Shown here: in pieces, positions 24,101 through 39,100 of the stretch
Layout: every line of letters starts with the position of its first letter
Position numbering within the stretch: position 1 is the stretch's first letter
Source of the DNA: Eledone cirrhosa
Lineage: Eukaryota
DNA length: 64,000 nucleotides
Reading direction: 5' to 3'
Assembly: GCA_964016885.1 (NCBI GenBank)
Contig: OZ024745.1
Location: 115,134,001 to 115,198,000, forward strand
Program-made: the position numbers and the translations under genes
Notes under the pieces: generated by a model
What the model was told of the DNA's origin: nothing
Seen by the model: only the letters and a program-made list of their open reading frames with translations
The model's database searches: none

Positions 24101-27100
24101 TATTGGACATTGTGTCCTTGAGAAAGACACTTTATTGTACATTGTGTCCTTGAGCAAGACACTTTATTGTACATTGTGTCCTTGAGCAAGACACTTTATT
24201 GGACATTGTGTCCTTGAGCAAGACACTTTATTGGACATTGTGTCCTTGAGAAAGACACTTTATTGTACATTGTGTCCTTGAGCAAGACACTTTATTGGAC
24301 ATTGTGTCCTTGAGCAAGACACTTTATTGGACATTGTGTCCTTGAGCAAGACACTTTATTGGACATTGTGTCCTTGAGAAAGACACTTTATTGTACATTG
24401 TGTCCTTGAGCAAGACACTTTATTGGACATTGTGTCCTTGAGAAAGACACTTTATTGTACATTGTGTCCTTGAGCAAGACACTTTATTGGACATTGTGTC
24501 CTTGAGCAAGACACTTTATTGGACATTGTGTCCTTGAGAAAGACACTTTATTGTACATTGTGTCCTTGAGCAATACACTTTATTGTACATTGTGTCCTTG
24601 AGAAAGACATTTTATTGTACATTGCATCCTTGAGCAATACACTTTATTGTACATTGTGTCCTTGAGCAAGACACTTTATTGGACATTGTGTCCTTGAGAA
24701 AGACACTTTATTGGACATTGTGTCCTTGAGCAAGACACTTTATTGGACATTGTGTCCTTGAGCAAGACACTTTATTGGACATTGTGTCCTTGAGAAAGAC
24801 ACTTTATTGTACATTGTGTCCTTGAGCAAGACACTTTATTGGACATTGTGTCCTTGAGAAAGACACTTTATTGTAAATTGTGTCCTTGAGCAAGACACTT
24901 TATTGGACATTGTGTCCTTGAGAAAGACACTTTATTGTACATTGTGTCCTTGAGCAAGACACTTTATTGGACATTGTGTCCTTGAGAAAGACACTTTATT
25001 GTACATTGTGTCCTTGAGCAAGACACTTTATTGGACATTGTGTCCTTGAGCAAGACACTTTATTGGACATTGTGTCCTTGAGAAAGACACTTTATTGTAC
25101 ATTGTGTCCTTGAGCAATACACTTTATTGTACATTGTGTCCTTGAGAAAGACACTTTATTGTACATTGTGTCCTTGAGAAAGACATTTTATTGTACATTG
25201 CATCCTTGAGCAATACACTTTATTGGACATTGTGTCCTTGAGAAAGACACTTTATTGTACATTGTGTCCTTGAGCAAGACACTTTATTGGACATTGTGTC
25301 CTTGAGCAATACATTTTATTGTACATTGTGTCCTTGAGCAATACACTTTATTGTACATTGTGTCCTTGAGCAATACACTTTATTGTACATTGTGTCCTTG
25401 AGAAAGACACTTTATTGTACATTGCATCCTTGATCAATACACTTTATTGTACATTGTGTCCTTGAGCAATACACTTTATTGGACATTGTGTCCTTGAGAA
25501 AGACACTTTATTGTACATTGTGTCCTTGAGCAAGACACTTTATTGTACATTCTGTCCTTGAGCAATACACTTTATTGTACATTGTGTCCTTGAGCAATAC
25601 ACTTTATTGTACATTGTGTCCTTGAGCAATACACTTTATTGTACATTGCATCCTTGATCAATACACTTTATTGTACATTGTGTCCTTGAGCAATACACTT
25701 TATTGTACATTGCATCCTTGAGCAATACACTTTATTGTACATTGTGTCCTTGAGCAAGACATTTTATTGTACATTGTGTCCTTGATCAATACACTTTATT
25801 GTACATTGTGACCTTGAGCAATACACTTTATTGTACATTGTGTCCTTGAGCAAGACACTTTATTGTACATTGCATCCTTGAGCAATACACTTTATTGTAC
25901 ATTGCATCCTTGATCAATACACTTTATTGTACATTGTGACCTTGAGCAATACACTTTATTGTACATTGTGTCCTTGAGCAAGACACTTTATTGTACATTG
26001 CATCCTTGAGCAATACACTTTATTGTACATTGCACACTTGAGAAAGACATTTTATTGTACATTGTGTCCTTGATCAATACACTTTATTGTACATTGCACA
26101 CTTGAGAAAGACATTTTATTGTACATTGTGTCCTTGAGCAATACACTTTATTGTACATTGCACACTTGAGAAAGACATTTTATTGTACATTGTGTCCTTG
26201 AGAAAGACACTTTATTGTACATTGTGTCCTTGAGCAAGACACTTTATTGTACATTGCATCCTTGATCAATACACTTTATTGTACATTGCACACTTGAGAA
26301 AGACATTTTATTGTACATTGTGTCCTTGAGCAATACACTTTATTGTACATTGCACACTTGAGAAAGACATTTTATTGTACATTGTGTCCTTGATCAATAC
26401 ACTTTATTGTACATTGCACACTTGAGAAAGACATTTTATTGTACATTGTGTCCTTGATCAATACACTTTATTGTACATTGCACACTTGAGAAAGACATTT
26501 TATTGTACATTGTGTCCTTGATCAATACACTTTATTGTACATTGCACACTTGAGAAAGACATTTTATTGTACATTGTGTCCTTGATCAATACACTTTATT
26601 GTACATTGCACACTTGAGAAAGACATTTTATTGTACATTGTGTCCTTGAGAAAGACACTTTATTGTACATTGTGTCCTTGAGCAATACACTTTATTGTAC
26701 ATTGCATCCTTGATCAATACACTTTATTGCACATTGCATCCTTGATCAATACACTTTATTGTACATTGTGACCTTGAGCAATACACTTTATTGTACATTG
26801 TGTCCTTGAGCAATACACTTTATTGTACAGTGCACACTTGAGAAAGACATTTTATTGTACATTGCATCCTTGATCAATACACTTTATTGTACATTGCATC
26901 CTTGATCAATACACTTTATTGCACATTGCATCCTTGATCAATACACTTTATTGTACATTGTGACCTTGAGCAATACACTTTATTGTACATTGTGTCCTTG
27001 AGCAATACACTTTATTGTACATTGCACACTTGAGAAAGACACTTTATTGTACATTGCATCCTTGATCAATACACTTTATTGTACATTGTGTCCTTGAGCA

Positions 27101-30100
27101 ATACACTTTATTGTACATTGTGTCCTTGAGCAATACACTTTATTGTACATTGTGTCCTTGAGCAATACACTTTATTGTACATTGCATCCTTGATCAATAC
27201 ACTTTATTGTACATTGTGTCCTTGAGCAATACACTTTATTGTACATTGCATCCTTGAGCAATACACTTTATTGTACATTGTGTCCTTGAGCAATACACTT
27301 TATTGTACATTGCATCCTTGATCAATACACTTTATTGTACATTGTGTCCTTGAGAAAGACACTTTATTGTACATTGTGTCCTTGAGCAATACACTTTATT
27401 GTACATTGTGTCCTTGAGAAAGACACTTTATTGTACATTGCATCCTTGATCAATACACTTTATTGTACATTGTGTCCTTGAGAAAGACACTTTATTGTAC
27501 ATTGTGTCCTTGAGCAATACACTTTATTGTACATTGTGTCCTTGAGCAATACACTTTATTGTACATTGTGTCCTTGAGAAAGACACTTTATTGTACATTG
27601 CATCCTTGATCAATACACTTTATTGTACATTGTGTCCTTGAGAAAGACACTTTATTGTACATTGTGTCCTTGAGCAATACACTTTATTGTACATTGTGTC
27701 CTTGAGCAATACACTTTATTGTACATTGCATCCTTGAGCAATACACTTTATTGTACATTGTGTCCTTGAGCAATACACTTTATTGTACATTGCATCCTTG
27801 ATCAATACACTTTATTGTACATTGTGTCCTTGAGAAAGACACTTTATTGTACATTGTGTCCTTGAGCAATACACTTTATTGTACATTGTGTCCTTGAGAA
27901 AGACACTTTATTGTACATTGCATCCTTGATCAATACACTTTATTGTACATTGTGTCCTTGAGAAAGACACTTTATTGTACATTGTGTCCTTGAGCAATAC
28001 ACTTTATTGTACATTGTGTCCTTGAGCAATACACTTTATTGTACATTGTGTCCTTGAGAAAGACACTTTATTGTACATTGCATCCTTGATCAATACACTT
28101 TATTGTACATTGTGTCCTTGAGAAAGACACTTTATTGTACATTGTGTCCTTGAGCAATACACTTTATTGTACATTGTGTCCTTGAGCAATACACTTTATT
28201 GTACATTGCATCCTTGAGCAATACACTTTATTGTACATTGTGTCCTTGAGCAATACACTTTATTGTACATTGCATCCTTGAGCAATACACTTTATTGTAC
28301 ATTGTGTCCTTGAGCAATACACTTTATTGTACATTGTGTCCTTGAGCAAGACACTTTATTGGACATTGTGTCCTTGAGCAATACACTTTATTGTACATTG
28401 CATCCTTGAGCAATACACTTTATTGTACATTGTGTCCTTGAGCAATACACTTTATTGTACATTGCATCCTTGAGCAATACACTTTATTGTACATTGTGTC
28501 CTTGAGCAATACACTTTATTGTACATTGTGTCCTTGAGCAATACACTTTATTGTACATTGTGTCCTTGAGAAAGACACTTTATTGTACATTGTGTCCTTG
28601 AGCAAGACACTTTATTGTACATTGTGTCCTTGAGAAAGACACTTTATTGTACATTGTGTCCTTGAGCAATACACTTTATTGTACATTGTGTCCTTGAGCA
28701 ATACACTTTATTGTACATTGTGTCCTTGAGCAATACACTTTATTGTACATTGTGTCCTTGAGAAAGACACTTTATTGTACATTGTGTCCTTGAGCAAGAC
28801 ACTTTATTGTACATTGTGTCCTTGAGAAAGACACTTTATTGTACATTGTGTCCTTGAGCAATACACTTTATTGTACATTGTGTCCTTGAGCAATACACTT
28901 TATTGTACATTGTGTCCTTGAGCAAGACACTTTATTGTACATTGTGTCCTTGAGAAAGACACTTTATTGTACATTGTGTCCTTGAGCAATACACTTTATT
29001 GTACATTGTGTCCTTGAGCAATACACTTTATTGTACATTGTGTCCTTGAGCAATACACTTTATTGTACATTGCATCCTTGAGCAATACACTTTATTGTAC
29101 ATTGTGTCCTTGAGCAATACACTTTATTGTACATTGTGTCCTTGAGCAATACACTTTATTGTACATTGTGTCCTTGAGCAATACACTTTATTGTACATTG
29201 TGTCCTTGAGAAAGACACTTTATTGTACATTGTGTCCTTGAGAAAGACACTTTATTGTACATTGTGTCCTTGAGCAATACACTTTATTGTACATTGCATC
29301 CTTGAGCAATACACTTTATTGTACATTGTGTCCTTGAGCAATACACTTTATTGTACATTGTGTCCTTGAGCAATACACTTTATTGTACATTGTGTCCTTG
29401 AGAAAGACACTTTATTGTACATTGTGTCCTTGAGCAATACACTTTATTGTACATTGCATCCTTGAGCAATACACTTTATTGTACATTGTGTCCTTGAGCA
29501 ATACACTTTATTGTACATTGTGTCCTTGAGCAATACACTTTATTGTACATTGTGTCCTTGAGAAAGACACTTTATTGTACATTGTGTCCTTGAGCAATAC
29601 ACTTTATTGTACATTGCATCCTTGAGCAATACACTTTATTGTACATTGTGTCCTTGAGCAATACACTTTATTGTACATTGTGTCCTTGAGCAATACACTT
29701 TATTGTACATTGTGTCCTTGAGCAATACACTTTATTGTACATTGTGTCCTTGAGCAATACACTTTATTGTACATTGTGTCCTTGAGCAATACACTTTATT
29801 GTACATTGTGTCCTTGAGCAATACACTTTATTGTACATTGTGTCCTTGAGCAATACACTTTATTGTACATTGTGTCCTTGAGAAAGACACTTTATTGTAC
29901 ATTGTGTCCTTGAGCAATACACTTTATTGTACATTGTGTCCTTGAGCAATACACTTTATTGTACATTGTGTCCTTGAGAAAGACACTTTATTGTACATTG
30001 TGTCCTTGAGCAAGACACTTTATTGTACATTGTGTCCTTGAGAAAGACACTTTATTGTACATTGTGTCCTTGAGCAATACACTTTATTGTACATTGTGTC

Positions 30101-33100
30101 CTTGAGCAATACACTTTATTGTACATTGTGTCCTTGAGCAATACACTTTATTGTACATTGTGTCCTTGAGCAATACACTTTATTGTACATTGCATCCTTG
30201 AGCAATACACTTTATTGTACATTGTGTCCTTGAGCAATACACTTTATTGTACATTGTGTCCTTGAGCAATACACTTTATTGTACATTGTGTCCTTGAGCA
30301 ATACACTTTATTGTACATTGTGTCCTTGAGCAATACACTTTATTGTACATTGTGTCCTTGAGCAATACACTTTATTGTACATTGTGTCCTTGAGCAATAC
30401 ACTTTATTGTACATTGCATCCTTGAGCAATACACTTTATTGTACATTGCATCCTTGAGCAATACACTTTATTGTACATTGCATCCTTGAGCAATACACTT
30501 TATTGTACATTGTGTCCTTGAGCAATACACTTTATTGTACATTGTGTCCTTGAGCAATACACTTTATTGTACATTGTGTCCTTGAGCAATACACTTTATT
30601 GTACATTGTGTCCTTGAGCAATACACTTTATTGTACATTGTGTCCTTGAGAAAGACACTTTATTGTACATTGTGTCCTTGAGCAATACACTTTATTGTAC
30701 ATTGTGTCCTTGAGCAATACACTTTATTGTACATTGTGTCCTTGAGAAAGACACTTTATTGTACATTGTGTCCTTGAGCAATACACTTTATTGTACATTG
30801 CATCCTTGAGCAATACACTTTATTGTACATTGTGTCCTTGAGCAATACACTTTATTGTACATTGTGTCCTTGAGAAAGACACTTTATTGTACATTGTGTC
30901 CTTGAGCAATACACTTTATTGTACATTGTGTCCTTGAGCAATACACTTTATTGTACATTGCATCCTTGAGCAATACACTTTATTGTACATTGCATCCTTG
31001 AGCAATACACTTTATTGTACATTGTGTCCTTGAGCAATACACTTTATTGTACATTGTGTCCTTGAGAAAGACACTTTATTGTACATTGTGTCCTTGAGCA
31101 ATACACTTTATTGTACATTGTGTCCTTGAGCAATACACTTTATTGTACATTGTGTCCTTGAGAAAGACACTTTATTGTACATTGTGTCCTTGAGCAATAC
31201 ACTTTATTGTACATTGCATCCTTGAGCAATACACTTTATTGTACATTGTGTCCTTGAGCAATACACTTTATTGTACATTGTGTCCTTGAGAAAGACACTT
31301 TATTGTACATTGTGTCCTTGAGCAATACACTTTATTGTACATTGTGTCCTTGAGCAATACACTTTATTGTACATTGTGTCCTTGAGCAATACACTTTATT
31401 GTACATTGTGTCCTTGAGAAAGACACTTTATTGTACATTGTGTCCTTGAGCAATACACTTTATTGTACATTGTGTCCTTGAGCAATACACTTTATTGTAC
31501 ATTGTGTCCTTGAGAAAGACACTTTATTGTACATTGTGTCCTTGAGCAATACACTTTATTGTACATTGCATCCTTGAGCAATACACTTTATTGTACATTG
31601 TGTCCTTGAGCAATACACTTTATTGTACATTGTGTCCTTGAGAAAGACACTTTATTGTACATTGTGTCCTTGAGCAATACACTTTATTGTACATTGCATC
31701 CTTGAGCAATACACTTTATTGTACATTGTGTCCTTGAGCAATACACTTTATTGTTCATTGTGTCCTTGAGCAATACACTTTATTGTACATTGTGTCCTTG
31801 AGCAATACACTTTATTGTACATTGTGTCCTTGAGAAAGACACTTTATTGTACATTGTGTCCTTGAGCAATACACTTTATTGTACATTGCATCCTTGAGCA
31901 ATACACTTTATTGTACATTGTGTCCTTGAGCAATACACTTTATTGTACATTGTGTCCTTGAGCAATACACTTTATTGTACATTGTGTCCTTGAGAAAGAC
32001 ACTTTATTGTACATTGTGTCCTTGAGCAAGACACTTTATTGTACATTGTGTCCTTGAGCAAGACACTTTATTGTACATTGTGTCCTTGAGCAATACACTT
32101 TATTGTACATTGTGTCCTTGAGCAAGACACTTTATTGTACATTGTGTCCTTGAGCAAGACACTTTATTGTACATTGTGTCCTTGAGCAATACACTTTATT
32201 GTACATTGTGTCCTTGAGCAATACACTTTATTGTACATTGCATCCTTGAGCAAGACACTTTATTGTACATTGTGTCCTTGAGCAATACACTTTATTGTAC
32301 ATTGTGTCCTTGAGCAATACACTTTATTGTACATTGCATCCTTGAGCAAGACACTTTATTGTACATTGTGTCCTTGAGAAAGACACTTTATTGTACATTG
32401 TGTCCTTGAGCAAGACACTTTATTGTACATTGTGTCCTTGAGCAATACACTTTATTGTACATTGCATCCTTGAGCAAGACACTTTATTGTACATTGTGTC
32501 CTTGAGCAATACACTTTATTGTACATTGTGTCCTTGAGCAATACACTTTATTGTACATTGCATCCTTGAGCAAGACACTTTATTGTACATTGTGTCCTTG
32601 AGAAAGACACTTTATTGTACATTGTGTCCTTGAGCAAGACACTTTATTGTACATTGTGTCCTTGAGCAAGACACTTTATTGTACATTGTGTCCTTGAGCA
32701 ATACACTTTATTGTACATTGTGTCCTTGAGCAATACACTTTATTGTACATTGTGTCCTTGAGCAATACACTTTATTGTACATTGTGTCCTTGAGCAATAC
32801 ACTTTATTGTACATTGTGTCCTTGAGAAAGACACTTTATTGTACATTGTGTCCTTGAGCAAGACACTTTATTGTACATTGCATCCTTGAGCAATACACTT
32901 TATTGTACATTGTGTCCTTCAGCAATACACTTTATAGTACATTGTGTCCTTGAGCAATACACTTTATTGTACATTGTGTCCTTGAGCAATACACTTTATT
33001 GTACATTGCATCCTTGAGCAATACACTTTATTGTACATTGTGTCCTTGAGCAATACACTTTATTGTACATTGTGTCCTTGAGCAATACACTTTATTGTAC

Positions 33101-36100
33101 ATTGTGTCCTTGAGCAATACATTTTATTGTACATTGTGTCCTTGAGCAAGACACTTTATTGTACATTGTGACCTTGAGCAATACACTTTATTGTACATTG
33201 TGTCCTTGAGCAATACACTTTATTGTACATTGTGTCCTTGAGCAATACACTTTATTGTACATTGTGTCCTTGAGCAATACACTTTATTGTACATTGTGTC
33301 CTTGAGCAAGACACTTTATTGTACATTGTGTCCTTGAGCAATACACTTTATTGTACATTGTGTCCTTGAGCAATACACTTTATTGTACATTGTGTCCTTG
33401 AGCAATACACTTTATTGCACATTGCACCCTTGAGAAAGACATTTTATTGTACATTGTGTCCTTGAGCAAGACACTTTATTGTACATTGTGTCCTTGAGCA
33501 ATACACTTTATTGTACATTGTGTCCTTGAGCAATACACTTTATTGCACATTGCACCCTTGAGAAAGACATTTTATTGTACATTGTGTCCTTGAGCAAGAC
33601 ACTTTATTGTACATTGTGTCCTTGAGCAATACACTTTATTGTACATTGTGTCCTTGAGCAATACACTTTATTGTACATTGTGTCCTTGAGCAATACACTT
33701 TATTGCACATTGCACCCTTGAGAAAGACATTTTATTGTACATTGCATCCTTGAGCAAGACACTTTATTGTACATTGTGTCCTTGAGCAATACACTTTATT
33801 GTACATTGTGTCCTTGAGCAATACACTTTATTGTACATTGTGTCCTTGAGCAATACACTTTATTGTACATTGTGTCCTTGAGCAATACACTTTATTGTAC
33901 ATTGTGTCCTTGAGCAATACACTTTATTGTACATTGTGTCCTTGAGCAATACACTTTATTGTACATTGTGTCCTTGAGCAATACACTTTATTGTACATTG
34001 TGTCCTTGAGCAATACACTTTATTGCACATTGCACCCTTGAGAAAGACATTTTATTGTACATTGTGTCCTTGAGCAAGACACTTTATTGTACATTGTGTC
34101 CTTGAGCAATACACTTTATTGTACATTGTGTCCTTGAGCAATACACTTTATTGTACATTGTGTCCTTGAGCAATACACTTTATTGTACATTGCATCCTTG
34201 AGCAATACACTTTATTGTACATTGTGTCCTTGAGCAATACACTTTATTGTACATTGTGTCCTTGAGCAAGATACTTTATTATACATTGTGTCCTTGAGCA
34301 ATACACTTTATTGTACATTGCGTCCTTGAGCAATACACTTTATTGTACATTGTGTCCTTGAGCAATACACTTTATTGCACATTGCACCCTTGAGAAAGAC
34401 ATTTTATTGTACATTGCATCCTTGAGCAATACACTTTATTGTACATTGTGTCCTTGAGCAATACACTTTATTGTACATTGTGTCCTTGAGCAATACACTT
34501 TATTGCACATTGCACGCTTGAGAAAGACATTTTATTGTACATTGTGTTTTTGAGCAAGACACTTTATTGTACATTGTGTCCTTGAGCAAGATACTTTATT
34601 ATACATTGTGTCCTTGAGCAAGACACTTTATTGTACATTGTGTCCTTGAGCAAGATACTTTATTATACATTGTGTCCTTGAGCAATACACTTTATTGTAC
34701 ATTGCGTCCTTGAGCAATACACTTTATTGTACATTGTGTCCTTGAGCAATACACTTTATTGCACATTGCACCCTTGAGAAAGACATTTTATTGTACATTG
34801 CATCCTTGAGCAATACACTTTATTGTACATTGTGTCCTTGAGCAATACACTTTATTGTACATTGTGTCCTTGAGCAATACACTTTATTGCACATTGCACC
34901 CTTGAGAAAGACATTTTATTGTACATTGTGTCCTTGAGCAATACACTTTATTGTACATTGTGTCCTTGAGCAATACACTTTATTGTACATTGTGTCCTTG
35001 AGCAAGACACTTTATTGTACATTGCACCCTTGAGCAATACACTTTATTGTACATTGTGTCCTTGAGCAATACACTTTATTGTACATTGCACCCTTGAGCA
35101 ATACACTTTATTGTACATTGTGTCCTTGAGCAATACACTTTATTGTACATTGCACCCTTGCGAAAGACATTTTATTGTACATTGCATCCTTGAGCAATAC
35201 ACTTTATTGTACATTGTGTCCTTGAGCACTACACTTTATTGTACATTGTGTCCTTGATCAAGACACTTTATTGTACATTGTGTCCTTGAGCAATACAGTT
35301 TATTGTACATTGTGTCCTTGAGCAATACACTTTATTGTACATTGCACCCTTGCGAAAGACATTTTATTGTACATTGCATCCTTGAGCAATACACTTTATT
35401 GTACATTGTGTCCTTGAGCACTACACTTTATTGTACATTGTGTCCTTGAGCAATACACTTTATTGTACATTGTGTCCTTGAGCAATACACTTTATTGTAC
35501 ATTGTGTCCTTGAGCAATACACTTTATTGCACATTGCACCCTTGAGAAAGACATTTTATTGTACATTGCATCCTTGAGCAATACACTTTATTGTACATTG
35601 TGTCCTTGAGCAATACACTTTATTGTACATTGTGTCCTTGAGCAATACACTTTATTGCACATTGCACCCTTGAGAAAGACATTTTATTGTACATTGTGTC
35701 CTTGAGCAAGACACTTTATTGTACATTGTGTCCTTGAGCAATACACTTTATTGTACATTGTGTCCTTGAGCAATACACTTTATTGTACATTGTGTCCTTG
35801 AGCAATACACTTTATTTCACATTGCACCCTTGAGAAAGACATTTTATTGTACATTGCATCCTTGAGCAAGACACTTTATTGTACATTGTGTCCTTGAGCA
35901 ATACACTTTATTGTACATTGTGTCCTTGAGAAAGACACTTTATTGTACATTGCATCCTTGAGCAAGACACTTTATTGTACATTGTGTCCTTGAGCAATAC
36001 ACTTTATTGTACATTGTGTCCTTGAGCAATACACTTTATTGTACATTGTGTCCTTGAGCAATACACTTTATTTCACATTGCACCCTTGAGAAAGACATTT

Positions 36101-39100
36101 TATTGTACATTGCATCCTTGAGCAAGACACTTTATTGTACATTGTGTCCTTGAGCAATACACTTTATTGTACATTGTGTCCTTGAGAAAGACACTTTATT
36201 GTACATTGCATCCTTGAGCAAGACACTTTATTGTACATTGTGTCCTTGAGCAATACACTTTATTGTACATTGTGTCCTTGAGCAATACACTTTATTGTAC
36301 ATTGTGTCCTTGAGAAAGACACTTTATTGTACATTGTGTCCTTGAGCAATACACTTTATTGTACATTGTGTCCTTGAGCAATACACTTTATTGTACATTG
36401 CATCCTTGAGCAATACACTTTATTGTACATTGTGTCCTTGAGCAATACACTTTATTGTACATTGCATCCTTGAGCAATACACTTTATTGTACATTGTGTC
36501 CTTGAGCAATACACTTTATTGTACATTGCATCCTTGAGCAATACACTTTATTGTACATTGTGTCCTTGAGCAATACACTTTATTGTACATTGCATCCTTG
36601 AGCAATACACTTTATTGTACATTGTGTCCTTGAGCAATACACTTTATTGTACATTGCATCCTTGAGCAATACACTTTATTGTACATTGTGACCTTGAGCA
36701 ATACACTTTATTGTACATTGTGTCCTTGAGCAATACACTTTATTGTACATTGTGTCCTTGAGCAATACACTTTATTGTACATTGTGTCCTTGAGCAATAC
36801 ACTTTATTGTACATTGCATCCTTGAGCAATACACTTTATTGTACATTGTGTCCTTGAGCAATACACTTTATTGTACATTGTGTCCTTGAGCAATACACTT
36901 TATTGTACATTGTGTCCTTGAGAAAGACACTTTATTGTACATTGTGTCCTTGAGCAATACACTTTATTGTACATTGTGTCCTTGAGCAATACACTTTATT
37001 GTACATTGTGTCCTTGAGCAATACACTTTATTGTACATTGTGTCCTTGAGCAATACACTTTATTGTACATTGTGTCCTTGAGAAAGACACTTTATTGTAC
37101 ATTGTGTCCTTGAGCAATACACTTTATTGTACATTGTGTCCTTGAGCAATACACTTTATTGTACATTGCATCCTTGAGCAATACACTTTATTGTACATTG
37201 TGTCCTTGAGCAATACACTTTATTGTACATTGCATCCTTGAGCAATACACTTTATTGTACATTGTGTCCTTGAGCAATACACTTTATTGTACATTGCATC
37301 CTTGAGCAATACACTTTATTGTACATTGTGACCTTGAGCAATACACTTTATTGTACATTGTGTCCTTGAGCAATACACTTTATTGTACATTGCATCCTTG
37401 AGCAATACACTTTATTGTACATTGTGTCCTTGAGCAATACACTTTATTGTACATTGTGTCCTTGAGCAATACACTTTATTGTACATTGTGTCCTTGAGAA
37501 AGACACTTTATTGTACATTGTGTCCTTGAGCAATACACTTTATTGTACATTGTGTCCTTGAGCAATACACTTTATTGTACATTGTGTCCTTGAGCAATAC
37601 ACTTTATTGTACATTGCATCCTTGAGCAATACACTTTATTGTACATTGTGTCCTTGAGCAATACACTTTATTGTACATTGTGTCCTTGAGCAATACACTT
37701 TATTGTACATTGTGTCCTTGAGAAAGACACTTTATTGTACATTGTGTCCTTGAGCAATACACTTTATTGTACATTGTGTCCTTGAGCAATACACTTTATT
37801 GTACATTGTGTCCTTGAGCAATACACTTTATTGTACATTGTGTCCTTGAGCAATACACTTTATTGTACATTGTGTCCTTGAGAAAGACACTTTATTGTAC
37901 ATTGCATCCTTGAGCAATACACTTTATTGTACATTGTGTCCTTGAGCAATACACTTTATTGTACATTGTGTCCTTGAGAAAGACACTTTATTGTACATTG
38001 CATCCTTGAGCAATACACTTTATTGTACATTGTGTCCTTGAGCAATACACTTTATTGTACATTGTGTCCTTGAGCAATACACTTTATTGTACATTGTGTC
38101 CTTGAGCAATACACTTTATTGTACATTGTGTCCTTGAGCAATACACTTTATTGTACATTGTGTCCTTGAGAAAGACACTTTATTGTACATTGTGTCCTTG
38201 AGCAATACACTTTATTGTACATTGTGTCCTTGAGCAATACACTTTATTGTACATTGTGTCCTTGAGCAATACACTTTATTGTACATTGCATCCTTGAGCA
38301 ATACACTTTATTGTACATTGTGTCCTTGAGCAATACACTTTATTGTACATTGTGTCCTTGAGCAATACACTTTATTGTACATTGTGTCCTTGAGCAATAC
38401 ACTTTATTGTACATTGTGTCCTTGAGCAATACACTTTATTGTACATTGCATCCTTGAGCAATACACTTTATTGTACATTGTGTCCTTGAGCAATACACTT
38501 TATTGTACATTGCATCCTTGAGCAATACACTTTATTGTACGTTGTGTCCTTGAGCAATACACTTTATTGTACATTGTGTCCTTGATCAATACACTTTATT
38601 GTACATTGTGTCCTTGAGCAATACACTTTATTGTACATTGTGTCCTTGAGCAATACACTTTATTGTACATTGTGTCCTTGAGCAATACACTTTATTGTAC
38701 ATTGCACCCTTGAGAAAGACACTTTATTGTACATTGTGTCCTTGAGCAATACACTTTATTGTACATTGCATCCTTGAGCAATACACTTTATTGTACATTG
38801 TGTCCTTGAGCAATACACTTTATTGTACATTGCACCCTTGAGAAAGACACTTTATTGTACATTGTGTCCTTGAGCAATACACTTTATTGTACATTGTGTC
38901 CTTGAGCAATACACTTTATTGTACATTGCATCCTTGAGCAATACACTTTATTGTACGTTGTGTCCTTGAGCAATACACTTTATTGTACATTGTGTCCTTG
39001 ATCAATACACTTTATTGTACATTGTGTCCTTGAGCAATACACTTTATTGTACATTGTGTCCTTGAGCAATACACTTTATTGTACATTGTGTCCTTGAGCA